The notes under the pieces are model-generated. The model was given only the letters and a program-made list of their open reading frames with translations. It did not search any database and was not told where the DNA came from. A DNA stretch of 63,029 nt, filler included, from Sphacelaria rigidula (taxonomy: Eukaryota): the NCBI GenBank assembly GCA_964200075.2. It is 7 parts of 7 records of this genome, joined end to end, with 100 filler letters (N's around TTAATTAATTAA, not from the genome) between each part and the next. Parts side by side here need not be neighbours in the genome. Positions count along the whole stretch, not along the records: positions 1 to 8,919 come from CAXNAA020009755.1; positions 9,020 to 17,938 come from CAXNAA020009756.1; 5 more parts are not named here. One strand, written 5' to 3'. Of the stretch, positions 1-11,991 are shown in pieces; position 1 is the first letter of the stretch; every line of letters begins with the position of its first letter. A program made the translations under genes and the position numbers.

Positions 1-1261
1 GGCCCAATTCGACGAGTCTTGAGCTGAAATTTCAGGAAGACCTTCTGCGCCCAAGGAACTGATACTTCACGAGTCCAGCTGCAGATTCTCTTTTTTCTCC
101 TGGACCTACGGCATTATCTTATTTTTGCTGAAATTTCAAATGCCCATAACTTCTCATCTTTATATATTTTTATTTGCTGGACCCGTGATTTTCTGCTTTC
201 CGATAATGAAAAGCTGCTGTCAAAATTTCAGCGTCCAACTTCTGATATCGCGCCGTGCGTCGCCTGAGCGAGATTCACACGCATTCTTGGCTGGCCCAGC
301 TCGTATTCGAAGCGATTACCTCCAACTCGAGGACCTTTTAGTCGTTTGACTTGGCTGACTCGTACGGCTCAGAGCTATGCTTCACCTGTTTTTGAGATGG
401 TGGGATCAAAACTTGACGTCGAGCGAGATTTTTAGATGACCTGGTGAGCATGAAAATGGTTTCGTCGTTTTTTGTCCGCGGGGACTGGAATCACGGCGAC
501 CAAACACAGCCCTCTCCGAGAGGGGAGTTGACCCCTTGACCGCGACGGTAGATCACCTTCTGAATCGGCATCAATTCCCCGTGAAAAACATATTGTGGTC
601 CAGATAGACTACCCGCATCGCGGTCCCCAAGGGTTAACGCCGAGTCGACCCCCCATGTACATCTAAGATCATTGCTTATCTCAAGCCCCAAGGCTAACTC
701 TAACCCTCACCTAAACCCCAGGGTAAACCGAGAAGGACTAACGGGATGCGCAGACTGTGACCTAAGCGCTGTGTGCAGAGGTGAAATTGGCGCCCGGTTT
801 CAGTTGGACCGCGTGCTGAGCACTCTGGGCAAGTTTGAAATAACTGAGTCTTCAAGGATCCACGTATTGAATTTCATGAAATACCGTACATCACACCTGA
901 AACGTGAAATTTGTTCACCATAGGTTTCGGGCGTCGAGTCAAGGACATGTACGCTCTCTTGAGGTTTTTCTTGTTGATACTTTGCGGCACGGCCGTGGTG
1001 GGCACACAGCACACAGCATATGCCATGCAGCCTAGAAAGGCACCCCTTCGTCAAATTTACCATATTCCGCCGGCACACAGCACCGCCGACGCTGCTGCCT
1101 CGCCGTCGTTGCCGACAAGCAAAAGGTTCAAGGACACTAGCGACACTTTTTAGCCCCATAGCTATGGCCTTTTTGTGACGTCGACTCTTCACTCACTAAC
1201 CTCACTCACTCTTCTCACATTTCATACATCTTCCGCTCGGATTATTTTTTTCACGGAACAG

Positions 1262-2881
1262 CTCGCCTTCGAAAGCGACAGCGACCTATCGCGTACCCTC
1301 TCTCGCCGGGCTAACTACAGCTGCGGACCTGGCTCCTTCCCCGCAAACACTGCTATTGCATACAAGCGCAACACCAGCAACGCTAGCAACAACACGTCCG
1401 CAGCGAGCATCGCGACGGACTACAGCTCCAGCGCCGCCTCCCCGCCAACGACGGGGTATGGCAGCGCTCCACCGTCCCCCGGTGGTTTGATAGACTCCCC
1501 CGACTCTGCCTGCTTGATCAACGACCAGCACCCAACAGCTGCTTGGTGGCAGTGCGGAACTACTGGACAGGGATATCTGTGGACTGGTGGAGGCGATGTG
1601 CGTACTTCAACAGGAAACTATGGTGCAGGTGGTGGTAACCACCGCCGCAACAGTACTGTGCCCCTACTTCGTCTGCCGTCGTCCCTCTCGAAGTCGGAGT
1701 CTCCAAGGGGAAGTCATACCCCTTCCTCGCAGATACGGTCGACGGTTTTGGGAAATACTGCGGAAACGAGTAAGGGGGGCGTAGCTGGGCTTCAAGGATT
1801 TGAGGAACACAACATGGCGGTCGCAGCGGCCACTGACGCCGAGTGGCCGGACTTGGCCGACGTTTCTGGGTCCATGAGACGCTACACCAGCACCTCTGCC
1901 GCTCTTGACACGGACCCCCCCTCTACCGCTGTGGGCGTCTTCTCATGTCCTAGCTCGCTTGAATTTTTCCACCAGGAAGATCCCGTCGCCTGGAGCCTAC
2001 GGCCCGCCTCGACCACCACCACGGCTACCGGGACCCGGTCTTCGCGGACGTTTAACCCGTCGCCCACACGCCAATCGGAGACCTCTGCTAAGAGCGGCAT
2101 GACCGGCGGGGGCGGTGGTCGAGCAAGGGCACCGTCTTTCCATGCTTTCAAGGGGTTGGCGGGAGACTCGTATGAAGATTTGGCCAGTTCGCCGGTGTCG
2201 GTAATGGACGCCTCTTCTTTGTCATCATCATCATTGTCGACGACGACGATGTCCTCATCGTCTTCATCGCGGCAAACGGCCACCCGCGCAGGGCATGGGC
2301 AGGGGCACGCTCAACTTGAACAACAAGTGGTGAGTGGGGGGGCGGGGGCGCGGAGGGGACAACCGCAACTCCCGTCTTCGACGCTAGATGATCTGCTTCT
2401 CACCCCAGACGAGCCGGCGCCGTCTCCGTTTGAGCACAAGAGCAACAAAAACAGCAACAACATCTACGGCGACGACGACGGCGGCGGTGGCGGCGGTAAG
2501 TCCGATGGGTACGATCGGATATTGGAGGCGCTGGGATCCGTGTCTCAACGCAATTGCGGTGTCCCCATGCGCAACCCGAACACGCGGCGTCAGACCATCG
2601 GTGGCCGTTGTTCCACGCCCGGGTGGACCACTGGAAGCTGTGACCGGCACACCACTCAGCATTCTGGGCTCGATGAGCTTTGGTCACGTGACGACCAGGC
2701 TTTGGTGGGTGCTCCGCCTGCCGCAGCCTCCGGTGCGTCGACGTGGCTTCAGGGGCTTACGGCGGCGGACAGAGGCAGGGGTTCTGGTGGTGTTTCTGGA
2801 CAGCGCGGCGGAGAAACCGGGCGGGTGCGTCGTGGAGGAAGCGCCGGGTCGGGCGGTTCATCGGTTTGTGGCAGTCTGTGA
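1262..2881 (+). CDS. Probable long terminal exon of an unknown Ser/Gly/Thr-rich, low-complexity protein
   Basis: 568-codon open frame (1175-2881) with a pyrimidine tract and AG acceptor (ttatttttttttcacggaacag) ending at 1261. It is GC-rich and coding-like, and is followed by AT/GT-rich UTR-like sequence. No domain was recognised and no upstream exon was identified. Confidence 0.55.
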   Translation, partial: LAFESDSDLSRTLSRRANYSCGPGSFPANTAIAYKRNTSNASNNTSAASIATDYSSSAASPPTTGYGSAPPSPGGLIDSPDSACLINDQHPTAAWWQCGTTGQGYLWTGGGDVRTSTGNYGAGGGNHRRNSTVPLLRLPSSLSKSESPRGSHTPSSQIRSTVLGNTAETSKGGVAGLQGFEEHNMAVAAATDAEWPDLADVSGSMRRYTSTSAALDTDPPSTAVGVFSCPSSLEFFHQEDPVAWSLRPASTTTTATGTRSSRTFNPSPTRQSETSAKSGMTGGGGGRARAPSFHAFKGLAGDSYEDLASSPVSVMDASSLSSSSLSTTTMSSSSSSRQTATRAGHGQGHAQLEQQVVSGGAGARRGQPQLPSSTLDDLLLTPDEPAPSPFEHKSNKNSNNIYGDDDGGGGGGKSDGYDRILEALGSVSQRNCGVPMRNPNTRRQTIGGRCSTPGWTTGSCDRHTTQHSGLDELWSRDDQALVGAPPAAASGASTWLQGLTAADRGRGSGGVSGQRGGETGRVRRGGSAGSGGSSVCGSL

Positions 2882-5800
2882 AACTTGCGGTCTGGCACAT
2901 CCCGAGTGGTGAATTATCGTTTTCACCCTTCGAAGATCGTCCATGGTTTATAGAAAATCCTCGAATGCGAGGCGCGTTTCATCGGTAGGGCGATTGAGGT
3001 TGGCCTTGAACGATACGTACGGTGGGCCAGCTCTTGGTGGTTTTGGGACTAGTGTGGAACAAGTTCTTGACTTATCACGCAGCTGGAATGCGACGGAAGA
3101 TCGTTGCCAAGAGAGTCGTACGGTGGAAAAGGGGGGGTGAGGGTGGTCCACCATCGTATTATTTTTGGATTTTATAATGAAACGCCGGGGTGAAACAAGG
3201 AGCGAATCGTCGGTTTTGTGCAGTTCTTCTTTTACTTTTCTTTAAACGGTTTCGGAATTGTTTAATTCGAGCGTGTTCTCGAGTTCGCGCAAGTATAGTG
3301 TCAAGGTTTCGGTAGAGCGTCTACATCGCGATGAGGACCCCGTGCGTTGGTTGAGCCAACCGCATCGATCCGACGGCGTTTTTTTTTCCCTGTTTTCTGT
3401 CACACACTTCTATCCAGAGTACAAGTTATGTCCGCGCTGGTTATGTCCAAGCGTACGGGGCCTCTTGCATGGTTTGCTAGCGGTTTTGCATCTTGTCTTT
3501 AGTGGGTGGTAGTGCACCCTGTATGTTGGATGAATGCAGAGTGCTGCGTGTCGTCTTTCCTCGGACTTCCATCGATGGTTTGGAACCTTCCTAGATATGA
3601 AAGATACGAAACAGCACGATCATCCCTTTATACCAGGTCCATCCGCTGGTCAGACCGAGAAGTGTGGAGGCGTGGTGGTGTCTTGTCTCATTTTGATTTG
3701 AATTGTAGATGTTTCGGAACGATAGTGATATCTACTGCTTGTTTCTGTTTGTCTTTTACGTTTTTCCGTTGCTGAAACAGGGTATGGCAGCATTGAGGAG
3801 AGGATTAAACTGTTCCTTTGTTTCGTCAACGTATACGTTTCTGTGTGTAAAACGGACTTATTTTGTCGAATGAACGCGTGCTACACGAAGAGCACTATCG
3901 AGTAAAAGCACGCCAGTTATCATTCCAGGATGTGGCTCTAGAAAACCCGGTGCGAATAATTCCAACAGTTCAGACGCGTACCAGGCCGGCATTGCCCTGC
4001 CCGTGTCTGTGGGTTGGGGAGGTCGAAAATGACTCGGAGCTCTCCCGTTCATGTGTGTTTTGTCGTGTGGTTGTTGATTTGTATTCGTTTCTTGTTTTTT
4101 ACTTGTGTAACTGTATTTTTTGACCATGGGAAGTATGTTGATGTCAGATCGCGAAGTTATTTGTCAAGAAAGAGAAAAAAGTGTTGAGATTTGTTGTTGT
4201 CGGGATTCATCGTGTACAACCTTTGGGTTACATTTCTTTTGTTGAAACTGTGTGGTCGTGCGAGAAAAGGTGCCTTACGGAGCTACCCGCCTCAGCGGGG
4301 GAGTTTCCTGTTTCACCTTTTCTCCTCCGTCGCCAGTAGACTTATGCCACTCGTGGTCGTTTTGCTTATCGCCGTATGATGACCTTTTGTATGTCGTGTG
4401 TGTGTGTGTGTGTTTGAGTATCACGTGTGTTCAGTTTTTTCCCCGTCAGCGGAGATGGGTTTGTGTGGACAGGCGGACGAATCCGTGTTGTCCATTATTT
4501 TCTACAGCTACGGTGCCATGGCGAAAAAACCCTGTGCGTATGTTATTATTTGTCCATGCGTGTGTAAGCGTCTTGCTGTATGTTGCCGGCAAAGTGCCGG
4601 CGAATTGGACGTCTTGATTGTGATCTAGTGTGTTGAGTGGGTGAACAGAGGGTGTCGTTTGGGGGGGCGAGGGGGGGGCGGGGGGGGGCAGACATATACT
4701 GACAACGCGTCCGAAACTACGGTGGAAATGGGGACGGGCGGGATTGCCCCGTCTCCATCGGATCATCTGGTGATCGGGACCATAACAGTTCAACACTTCA
4801 TGGCCAAGAGTGAGCCTTGTCTCGACCGGGGAAAATAGTGGCACCGCTCGTTTTGATGATCCTGCCGTGTGAGACTGTACCGGTCAAAACCGAACCGCGG
4901 GGGGGGGGCAGTACAATACATGTCCTCTGAGCGGGGGAGGGCGTACTCGCGTGGCAACACGATCGAGAAATTCAATCCTTCATGTATGCACATGTATACT
5001 ACATTGCTTGTCCGGCGGGGTTCGTTGTTGAAGTGTACGGTGGTCGAAAAATAAACGCTAGCGGGAGCTCTCTTTAGCAAAGAGAGGCGGGGGGGGGAAG
5101 GAGGTAGTGGGGGGGGGGGGTGGGGGCTTATTTAACAATAACAACTCCATATTTTTTCATTTTTTCTTCGTCATTTTAGACCAAATGTGGAGGTTTCGTT
5201 TGAGTTTTGGTGTGATGCCAAGGAAAAGTTGACTTTGGTTGATGGACTTATCATATTCCATTTTTTTTTCTGACCGTGGGCCATGCGCCTACCTACTTTT
5301 GGATGGCTTGTACATACATGGCCAGAAACCTAGATTTCCCCCATGAAAGCAGACTCGAGGGTAAGTTCCCAGCTACGGTGGGATTTGTCGTGTTGGGCTC
5401 GAGAGGTTTTGTCGCTCCAGAATGTCACGAAGATGGCGTCGTGTTGATCGTCTGTTCTATATATGATTTCACCTGAATTCGGGGAGTGGAGGGCCTGTCA
5501 AGGGAGGGAGGGGGTGGAACTTGTCCACCTTCTTCTTGTTCAGTGTGGTGTGCCTGAATCAATCCACTGTGTATAGTAAGCCTGTATGTGGAGTTTTTTG
5601 TAGAACCAGAGGGAGGAATACGGAAGGCAAAACAGTCGGTATTCCACCACAACAGTTGAGTGATTCTAACTGTGCCACAGCTGGCAGAGAGAGAGGTGAC
5701 GAGGTGCAAGTGTGTGTGTACCAGTTAGTGGGGACCCTGAAGTAGGGAAAATGGTTGGTGGGTAGGACTTAACGGCACGTTGATGATGATACAGGGTTTT

Positions 5801-8582
5801 TACATAACACTATTCTGATACGAGGGAAAAAAAAAGAGTAATTATGTAGTAAACGCGCGTACAGTGCAATACAATATCAGTAGAGTAGTTGAACAGTGCA
5901 GTAGGGCGTTGTGGATGCTGTATAACTCTCCTGCTTGAAGTACCAGACATGATCGAAATTTCCAGTGGACCCAAGAGTGGATAACCCGCACGGGAATATA
6001 TTTTTTTTCGCGAGCCACCCATGCATGGTGAAATGGTGGTAAGACGTAATCGTGTACCGTGTGTCGTGTTTGTTATCAGTACAGCTTGTTTTTCTTGGGG
6101 TAGGTCGAGATAGGGACGGGCAATGGGACGGGTGAAAGCGGGAGCGGGGGGGGAGCGGGGAGGGAGCGGAGGGGCATACGTCACATGATGTCGACGTGAT
6201 GTACACATGGTCCCTGCGTCTCTTGTCATCTCTCTTCAAATTTCTTTGCGTAGTTCATTTTCATGTAAGCTCTGGTGGTGTTGATCCACCTCCAGCAAAC
6301 TTTCGCTGCAGCTGAAACTCTCAGCAGTTTAGTTTGCGTGTGCGCACGCGTGTATCTGTGGCGACGCGCGGCTCTCTTCTGACATCGTGATCGTTAGCTT
6401 GTTGTCCGTGCCGAAATTAATCTTGAGCCAGCGAGCATTGTTTGGGGAGGGCAGGCACAAGGGACGCTTGTTTTTTCGTTTATTTGTTGCAAGGGATCCG
6501 GATCTCGGGAGGGGATAGGGTGTTGTTTTCAGCCCGAACACAATTCCACACCTTTCCGATTCCGGAAGGAGCAGCAGGATGAAGGAAGTCACGGAGGCTT
6601 TTCAAGTCCCGGCAGGCAAGTAATGCCTTTCCACCTGGGTGGTCTAAACATTCATGAGTTGGTTTTGCAAGGTGAGAGTGACGACGCCTGGGAGGGAAAG
6701 GTACATGAAAGGACCAAATACAGATATGCTGCTGTTCATCTCTCGGCGGTGTGCGTGCATGATTTTCTCGTTGTTACGAAGTGATTGCTCTTCGGTTGAG
6801 AGGGATGGGAGTTCTCGTCGCCATGACACCCAAGTATTTAAGACACTAGCCTATACTATTACTTGATGAATCTTTATAGAAGACTTACTTTTCATTTTTT
6901 TTTTAACCTGGTACCCCGTCGTACACAAGAATAATTGTACGCTGGTGACAAATTACTGGAGGGTGAGGGTAAGAGGGTCAGTTGTTAATCATTTAGTAGG
7001 TAGTGCCAGGGTGACCTCTCTGATTTTTAGCGCAGTCATTGCATGCTTGAAGGGGAAGGCTGTAGCTAAAGGGCAAATGCAACAGCCAACGGGGGGCGAG
7101 GGTGTTCCTGTTTTTAGCTGACTCTGCACCAAGTAAATGTTTCTGACAACAGGTGTTCTGTACTGTATGTAGTAATGTGACTGGGCAGAAGAACAGCACT
7201 ACCGTCCTGTTCATCTGGAGGGTATTCCGGAATATCTGCGCTCGCACGCCACCCCGCATCCACTTCCCAACGATAGTTCGATTCGTACTTTAATTTTGCA
7301 TTTACTGACGAAGTGCCTTCTCTAAAAGGTGGGGGAAAGGGAGAGGAGAGGAGTTTGGAGCGATTCTTCTGATTCATACGGTTGGTTGGCGGGCAGCAAT
7401 ACCAGTACAACTTTCGATTGTGGGTTGTGAGAAGACACGCGAACGAGGTCGATATACACAAGAGCAAAATATTTCTCGAAGCCAATAACGTAGGTCTTTT
7501 TCAGGAAGGTATTTGATCGTAGTGGTGATTCTTTCGGGGTGCGCGACATGGGGGGACAAGCAACGGACTGTGAGGCGCGGCGTAAGGAGCGGGGCAGTCG
7601 GCGTTTCGATTTGATAAAAAGGACGAGACAGTAGTATTGGGTCCCGAGCGGTCTTCCAAATGTTTTCTCGTGTCCCTTGTTACTTATTTGTGATCGAGGG
7701 ATGGCACGGGAGGGCGAAAGGTGTTGGCAAGGGGGTGCGGAAGAGCCGGGGGAACGGGTGGCGAGTGAAGGTATAACGACAAGAGGTTGAGATGCGTGCG
7801 ACTCTTGAAAAGAGTACAACATTTGTTTGGACGCACATCTCCACTCGGGAAGAATGAATACAGGGGCGCAACAGATTCAGCCGATGAAGGATAGAAGGGC
7901 GACGGGGGATTGGCGGCGTGGGGAGAAAAATCTTCATAGTATGATGCTACCTTCGAATTTGTGCACAAATCATGATGAAATATTTACATAATCTCTAACT
8001 AAAACTGTGGTGCTTGAGGGCGCACACATACTCACCGGAAATTACGAGTATGAATTTGAGGTACTAGGAGCGACATCAATTCCACCTCACACCTCGACGC
8101 AAATGTTTCTGAGACAGCCTCAACTAGGGCTTCTACTTATCATGCTATTACAGTACAGGGTCTTTGTGCATTCGACCCAAGACTATTTCCAAGATAACAG
8201 TATTGTCAGACCCCGCAGTAGCATAGCGAAGTACGTGGATGGTGATTTGACAGGTAGCCCGCGATGTAATTTCGTCCGCGCAAAGTTCAGTACAGGCCTG
8301 GGCTCCTCGAAAACATGTCGGAACTCAATGGACAACGGATCAAACGTGCAGACCCATTTTTCAAAATCAAACGGGTGCTTCGGATAACGGATCATGGTGA
8401 AGGGGCGTAGATAACCCGATCGTGGGTGTTATTCCAACTGACGAGGAGAAGAATATTGTGAAAAAAACCCCGACACAAACGATTTTTCTCCGGTGCCCTG
8501 TCACCCCCAGGTCCCCATCCCTTCTCACTTCCCTCATATCCAAGTTCCACCCGTGATTGTGCGATGAAGGTACGGGTACATG

Positions 8583-8733
8583 AGGGTTGATTTTGAGGAT
8601 GCGCAGGTATTATTGGTACACTGTGTAGCTGTAGCTGCTCCGGTGTGTTCCGCCGAGTAGGGTTGATTCTGAGGATGCGCAGGTATTATTGGTACGCCGT
8701 GTAGCTGTAGCTGCTGCTTTGTGTTCCGCAGAG
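8583..8733 (+). repeat. Two-copy tandem duplication, unit about 76 bp
   Basis: agggttgatt(t/c)tgaggatgcgcaggtattattggtac...gtgtagctgtagctgct...tgtgttccgc(c/a)gag occurs at about 8583-8658 and 8659-8733. Confidence 0.9.
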
Positions 8734-8919
8734 AATGTTTTTTTTTCAGGTCGAGTCCTGCTCGGTTATGCCGCATCGGCCACACGCTCATGTGATGTCG
8801 AATCCTTCTCCACAGGGTGGATTTCGCAGTTTGCTTCTGGCTCAAGAATGATGGATTATTTGGGATGTAGAAAAGACGTAAAACTAACACGAACAAAATT
8901 GCGAGACAAATAAAAGCAC

Positions 8920-9019
8920 NNNNNNNNNNNNNNNNNNNNNNNNNNNNNNNNNNNNNNNNNNNNTTAATTAATTAANNNNNNNNNNNNNNNNNNNNNNNNN
9001 NNNNNNNNNNNNNNNNNNN
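8920..9019. other. Artificial contig linker N44-TTAATTAATTAA-N44; identical linkers at 17939-18038, 26958-27057, 35977-36076, 44995-45094 and 54013-54112
   Basis: Six identical 100-bp spacers carrying a stop-in-all-frames 12-mer. The contigs they separate have monotonically decreasing lengths of 8919 to 8917 bp. Confidence 0.98.
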
Positions 9020-9275
9020 CCTTCCCCTTGATTAGACGATTGATACGATATGCGGATCACGGCCCAACTCGTCTGCGTCGATGAGATATTGCTTTTGAGC
9101 TTGAATCCGTGTCTAGGCTGGCCCAGCTCGTAGGGGGTCAGTCTATCGGAAAACATGGGTACATATACTCGCGGACATGAAAACTGTTTCTGCGCAAACC
9201 AAAGCCGAGGTAGAGTATTCTGGGTAATCTGTGCAGAGGACCTCGGCCACAAATGTTGGCGGCGGGGGGAGGGAG

Positions 9276-9349
9276 GGGGCATACTCCTTTGTAGCTTGCA
9301 TTAGTCATTTGACCATTGACCACGCATTCCTTTCGAGACGGAGCACGGT
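9276..9349 (+). repeat. Short dispersed repeat D/E (75-105 bp) abutting G-runs; D copies 9276-9349, 11044-11113, 18039-18115 (-), 28753-28832; E copies 11250-11354, 27066-27118 (partial), 35903-35976, 57927-58024 (-)
   Basis: The shared core GGGG(C/T)GTACTCA...GACCATTGACC(A/T)CGCATCCCT...GACGGAGCAC is seen in whole or part 8 times, in 4 contigs. Confidence 0.85.
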
Positions 9350-11991
9350 CAGCCAGGAATGGGGGCGGGGGGACACGACGACACGACGACACGACGCGGC
9401 TAGATCATGCGCCTTCGACGTTCGAGTGACTTCGCCATATTGATGAGCGTGTGAATCCGAGCATCAGTTGTTCTCTGCACATTGGTTATCAAGAGTTGGT
9501 GCCGAAGGGGTGGAGAAACTTACTCATCAGGGGCTCTGAACAAATTTTGACTTGGTAGTTCAAGAGAATGTGAAGTAGCGTTCGTATGTTTTCACGTCTG
9601 GTGGTACCGCGTGTCAAATTCAAATGACACCTACTGACTAGAGTACCGCAAAAGGACGTGGATACATCAAAGGTGCACAGTGAGTAGCGGACGTGCCTCG
9701 TAGATTTGAAGTCACTAATGAGTGTGTGCACATACCCTCAAAACGACGGCTGGTGCGTTGACGAGCTTGTTGGATGTGATAATTAGTCCCCGACGCGACC
9801 CCAGAGCAGAACGTGCGTTCTTCGATGTCCTGAAATGTTGTTGTTACGTAGATACGCGGCACGGAGATTGGTTGTACAATGGAAGAAAGGCATGTTAGGC
9901 ATCGACTTCACATATAGCATCGGCATCAAGACTTCAAAATAAACACGGGACTTCAGGACGTATTGGTCGAGACATACGAGAAATGACAATGAGGCATGGC
10001 GGCGATACACGACTCTGAAATATCACGATCTTCTTATCCTTCAATTTATCAACAGACCCGCGGTAGAAAGGTGGAAGATCCCGACAAAACTAAAACCACA
10101 AAAAATAGAGACAAATATCTCTGTTCCTCTCTCTCTCGCTGTCGGATACGAATGCACCCTTTACTTGTACTGGACCTGCCTGTACCTGTAACGCTATTCG
10201 CATGAGTTGCGCGCCCACACTGAAAAGGTCAAAGCAACCAACACAAGTCTCCCGTGAAAAACACTATATCAACGACATCATCCGAAAAATGACATCAACC
10301 AATTCGTGTGAGAGATAGACATCCCACGGGGAAAACATGAAACATGACAATCGCCACAATTCCGACAAAACCAGGGGCACGAAAAAAAAGAATGGAGCCG
10401 AAAAATGGATGCGGTGCATTACAGCAGTGAATGACATCGACTGGCGATGCTCTCTAGTTCGGTGTAAGGCACATAACGCCTCTTCAGTACCGACACGAAC
10501 ACCCAGACCTTAACATTGACAATATGGACAACGTGGTGGGCAACAATTAAACTGCAGAACATGAGAGCAAAATATTTATCCATGAGGCTAGGGATGCCAT
10601 ATTTTTCACGTCCGGCACCACACCCAAAAAAATTATACAAGCCTAAATTTGGCGAAGGGGGAGGTGACAATCCAAGAGTTAGGCTGCCAGACGCGGTCAG
10701 CCTCTTAAAAATAAGGTTGGTTTACGTCTTGAAAGTATGTTCCTGGAGTCGGAGCAAGGCTTTGGTGAGTCGACCCCGAGTCAGAATAGTCGAACTAATG
10801 TGGTGACTGGAAAACACCAGTAAGGCAGCTGATTTTGGAGTTTCCTAGAGGCCTGCCGCAACCTATAGGGGGTGTGGAGCAAAATATCAGCTCTCCCAAC
10901 CAGTTGTTTGTGAGCGTTGGAGCACTCCTGCAGCTAATGAGCGGCGTGCAAGGCCTTCATGCTGCCTTAATAGTTGCTATTGGACAAGATATAATTTGTT
11001 CGTCCATGGCCAAAAAACGAGGGAACGGGGACAGTGAGGGGGAGGGGGGGTACTCACTTGTTGCTTGCCTTGGTCGTTTGACCATTGGCCACCCTTTCGA
11101 GACGGGGTACCGTTCCCACTCCTAATAGAGACATCTTCAACCTGTGGGCACTTACTACGTTTCTTCCATATATGATACAAGAACTTTTCACATATCTTAT
11201 CCCCGTCCTGTTTGGCCGTCTGTGGCCACCGCCTGTTTCCCGAGGACAGGGGGATGTACTCATGATCATGAATGCCGCCGAAGTTCATAGACCATTGGCC
11301 GCGCATCCCTACAAAAACGGGACGGGGCACGCCGGGTTTTCGCCGGACCAGGCTCGCACTCAATCACCAAGCGCGAAGCGCCGTGGTGTGTTCAGGGAGT
11401 CGCATGAAGTCACGAGGATGGTATGGAGGGGTATGGTGTCACAACTGACAGATATGGCACCCCTCGCGTCAGAAGGTAATGAATCATGCTATCAGCTGTC
11501 AGGCATCATGCCTTCTTGTCCCTGGACGGGACTGCCCACCATTTCTTTCAGGTATTCTGTTTCTACTTCGGTAAGCACTACCTTCAGCGCCATTCCGCCA
11601 AATCGTATTCAAACCTCTCCTTTTTCTTGGGAAGAGCCTATGGTTTCGAAGCATCGACATATTTCCACCCTCAACATACCTCTTTCAATTAGATATCGTG
11701 GATTGCATCAGCACTCTTACATCACGTCGATTCTCGTCAAATAAAATATTTCTTCTACTCGCGTCTTCCCGCTTCTACAATACGTGTTCAACGGCGGAAA
11801 TAAGCCACCTAGCTTATAAGAAAATACGTAAATGTATTTGCCGGAGATTGAACCGAAGTTTCTCCACGAAATGGGTTGAGTTGCAGCATTAGACCACCCG
11901 GGCGCAGCGGCACGTTAATCGGTATACAATACTACTCATACTACATGGTGGTGTGAACGGCAAGACATGAACAAGACGAATCTAACCCTAC

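Noticed and set aside
690..722. Telomere-like ctaaccct/taggg tracts (also about 34263-34291 and 50770-50795)
   Set aside because: They are short, degenerate and internal, so not telomeres. They may be TE-internal but the evidence is insufficient to call.
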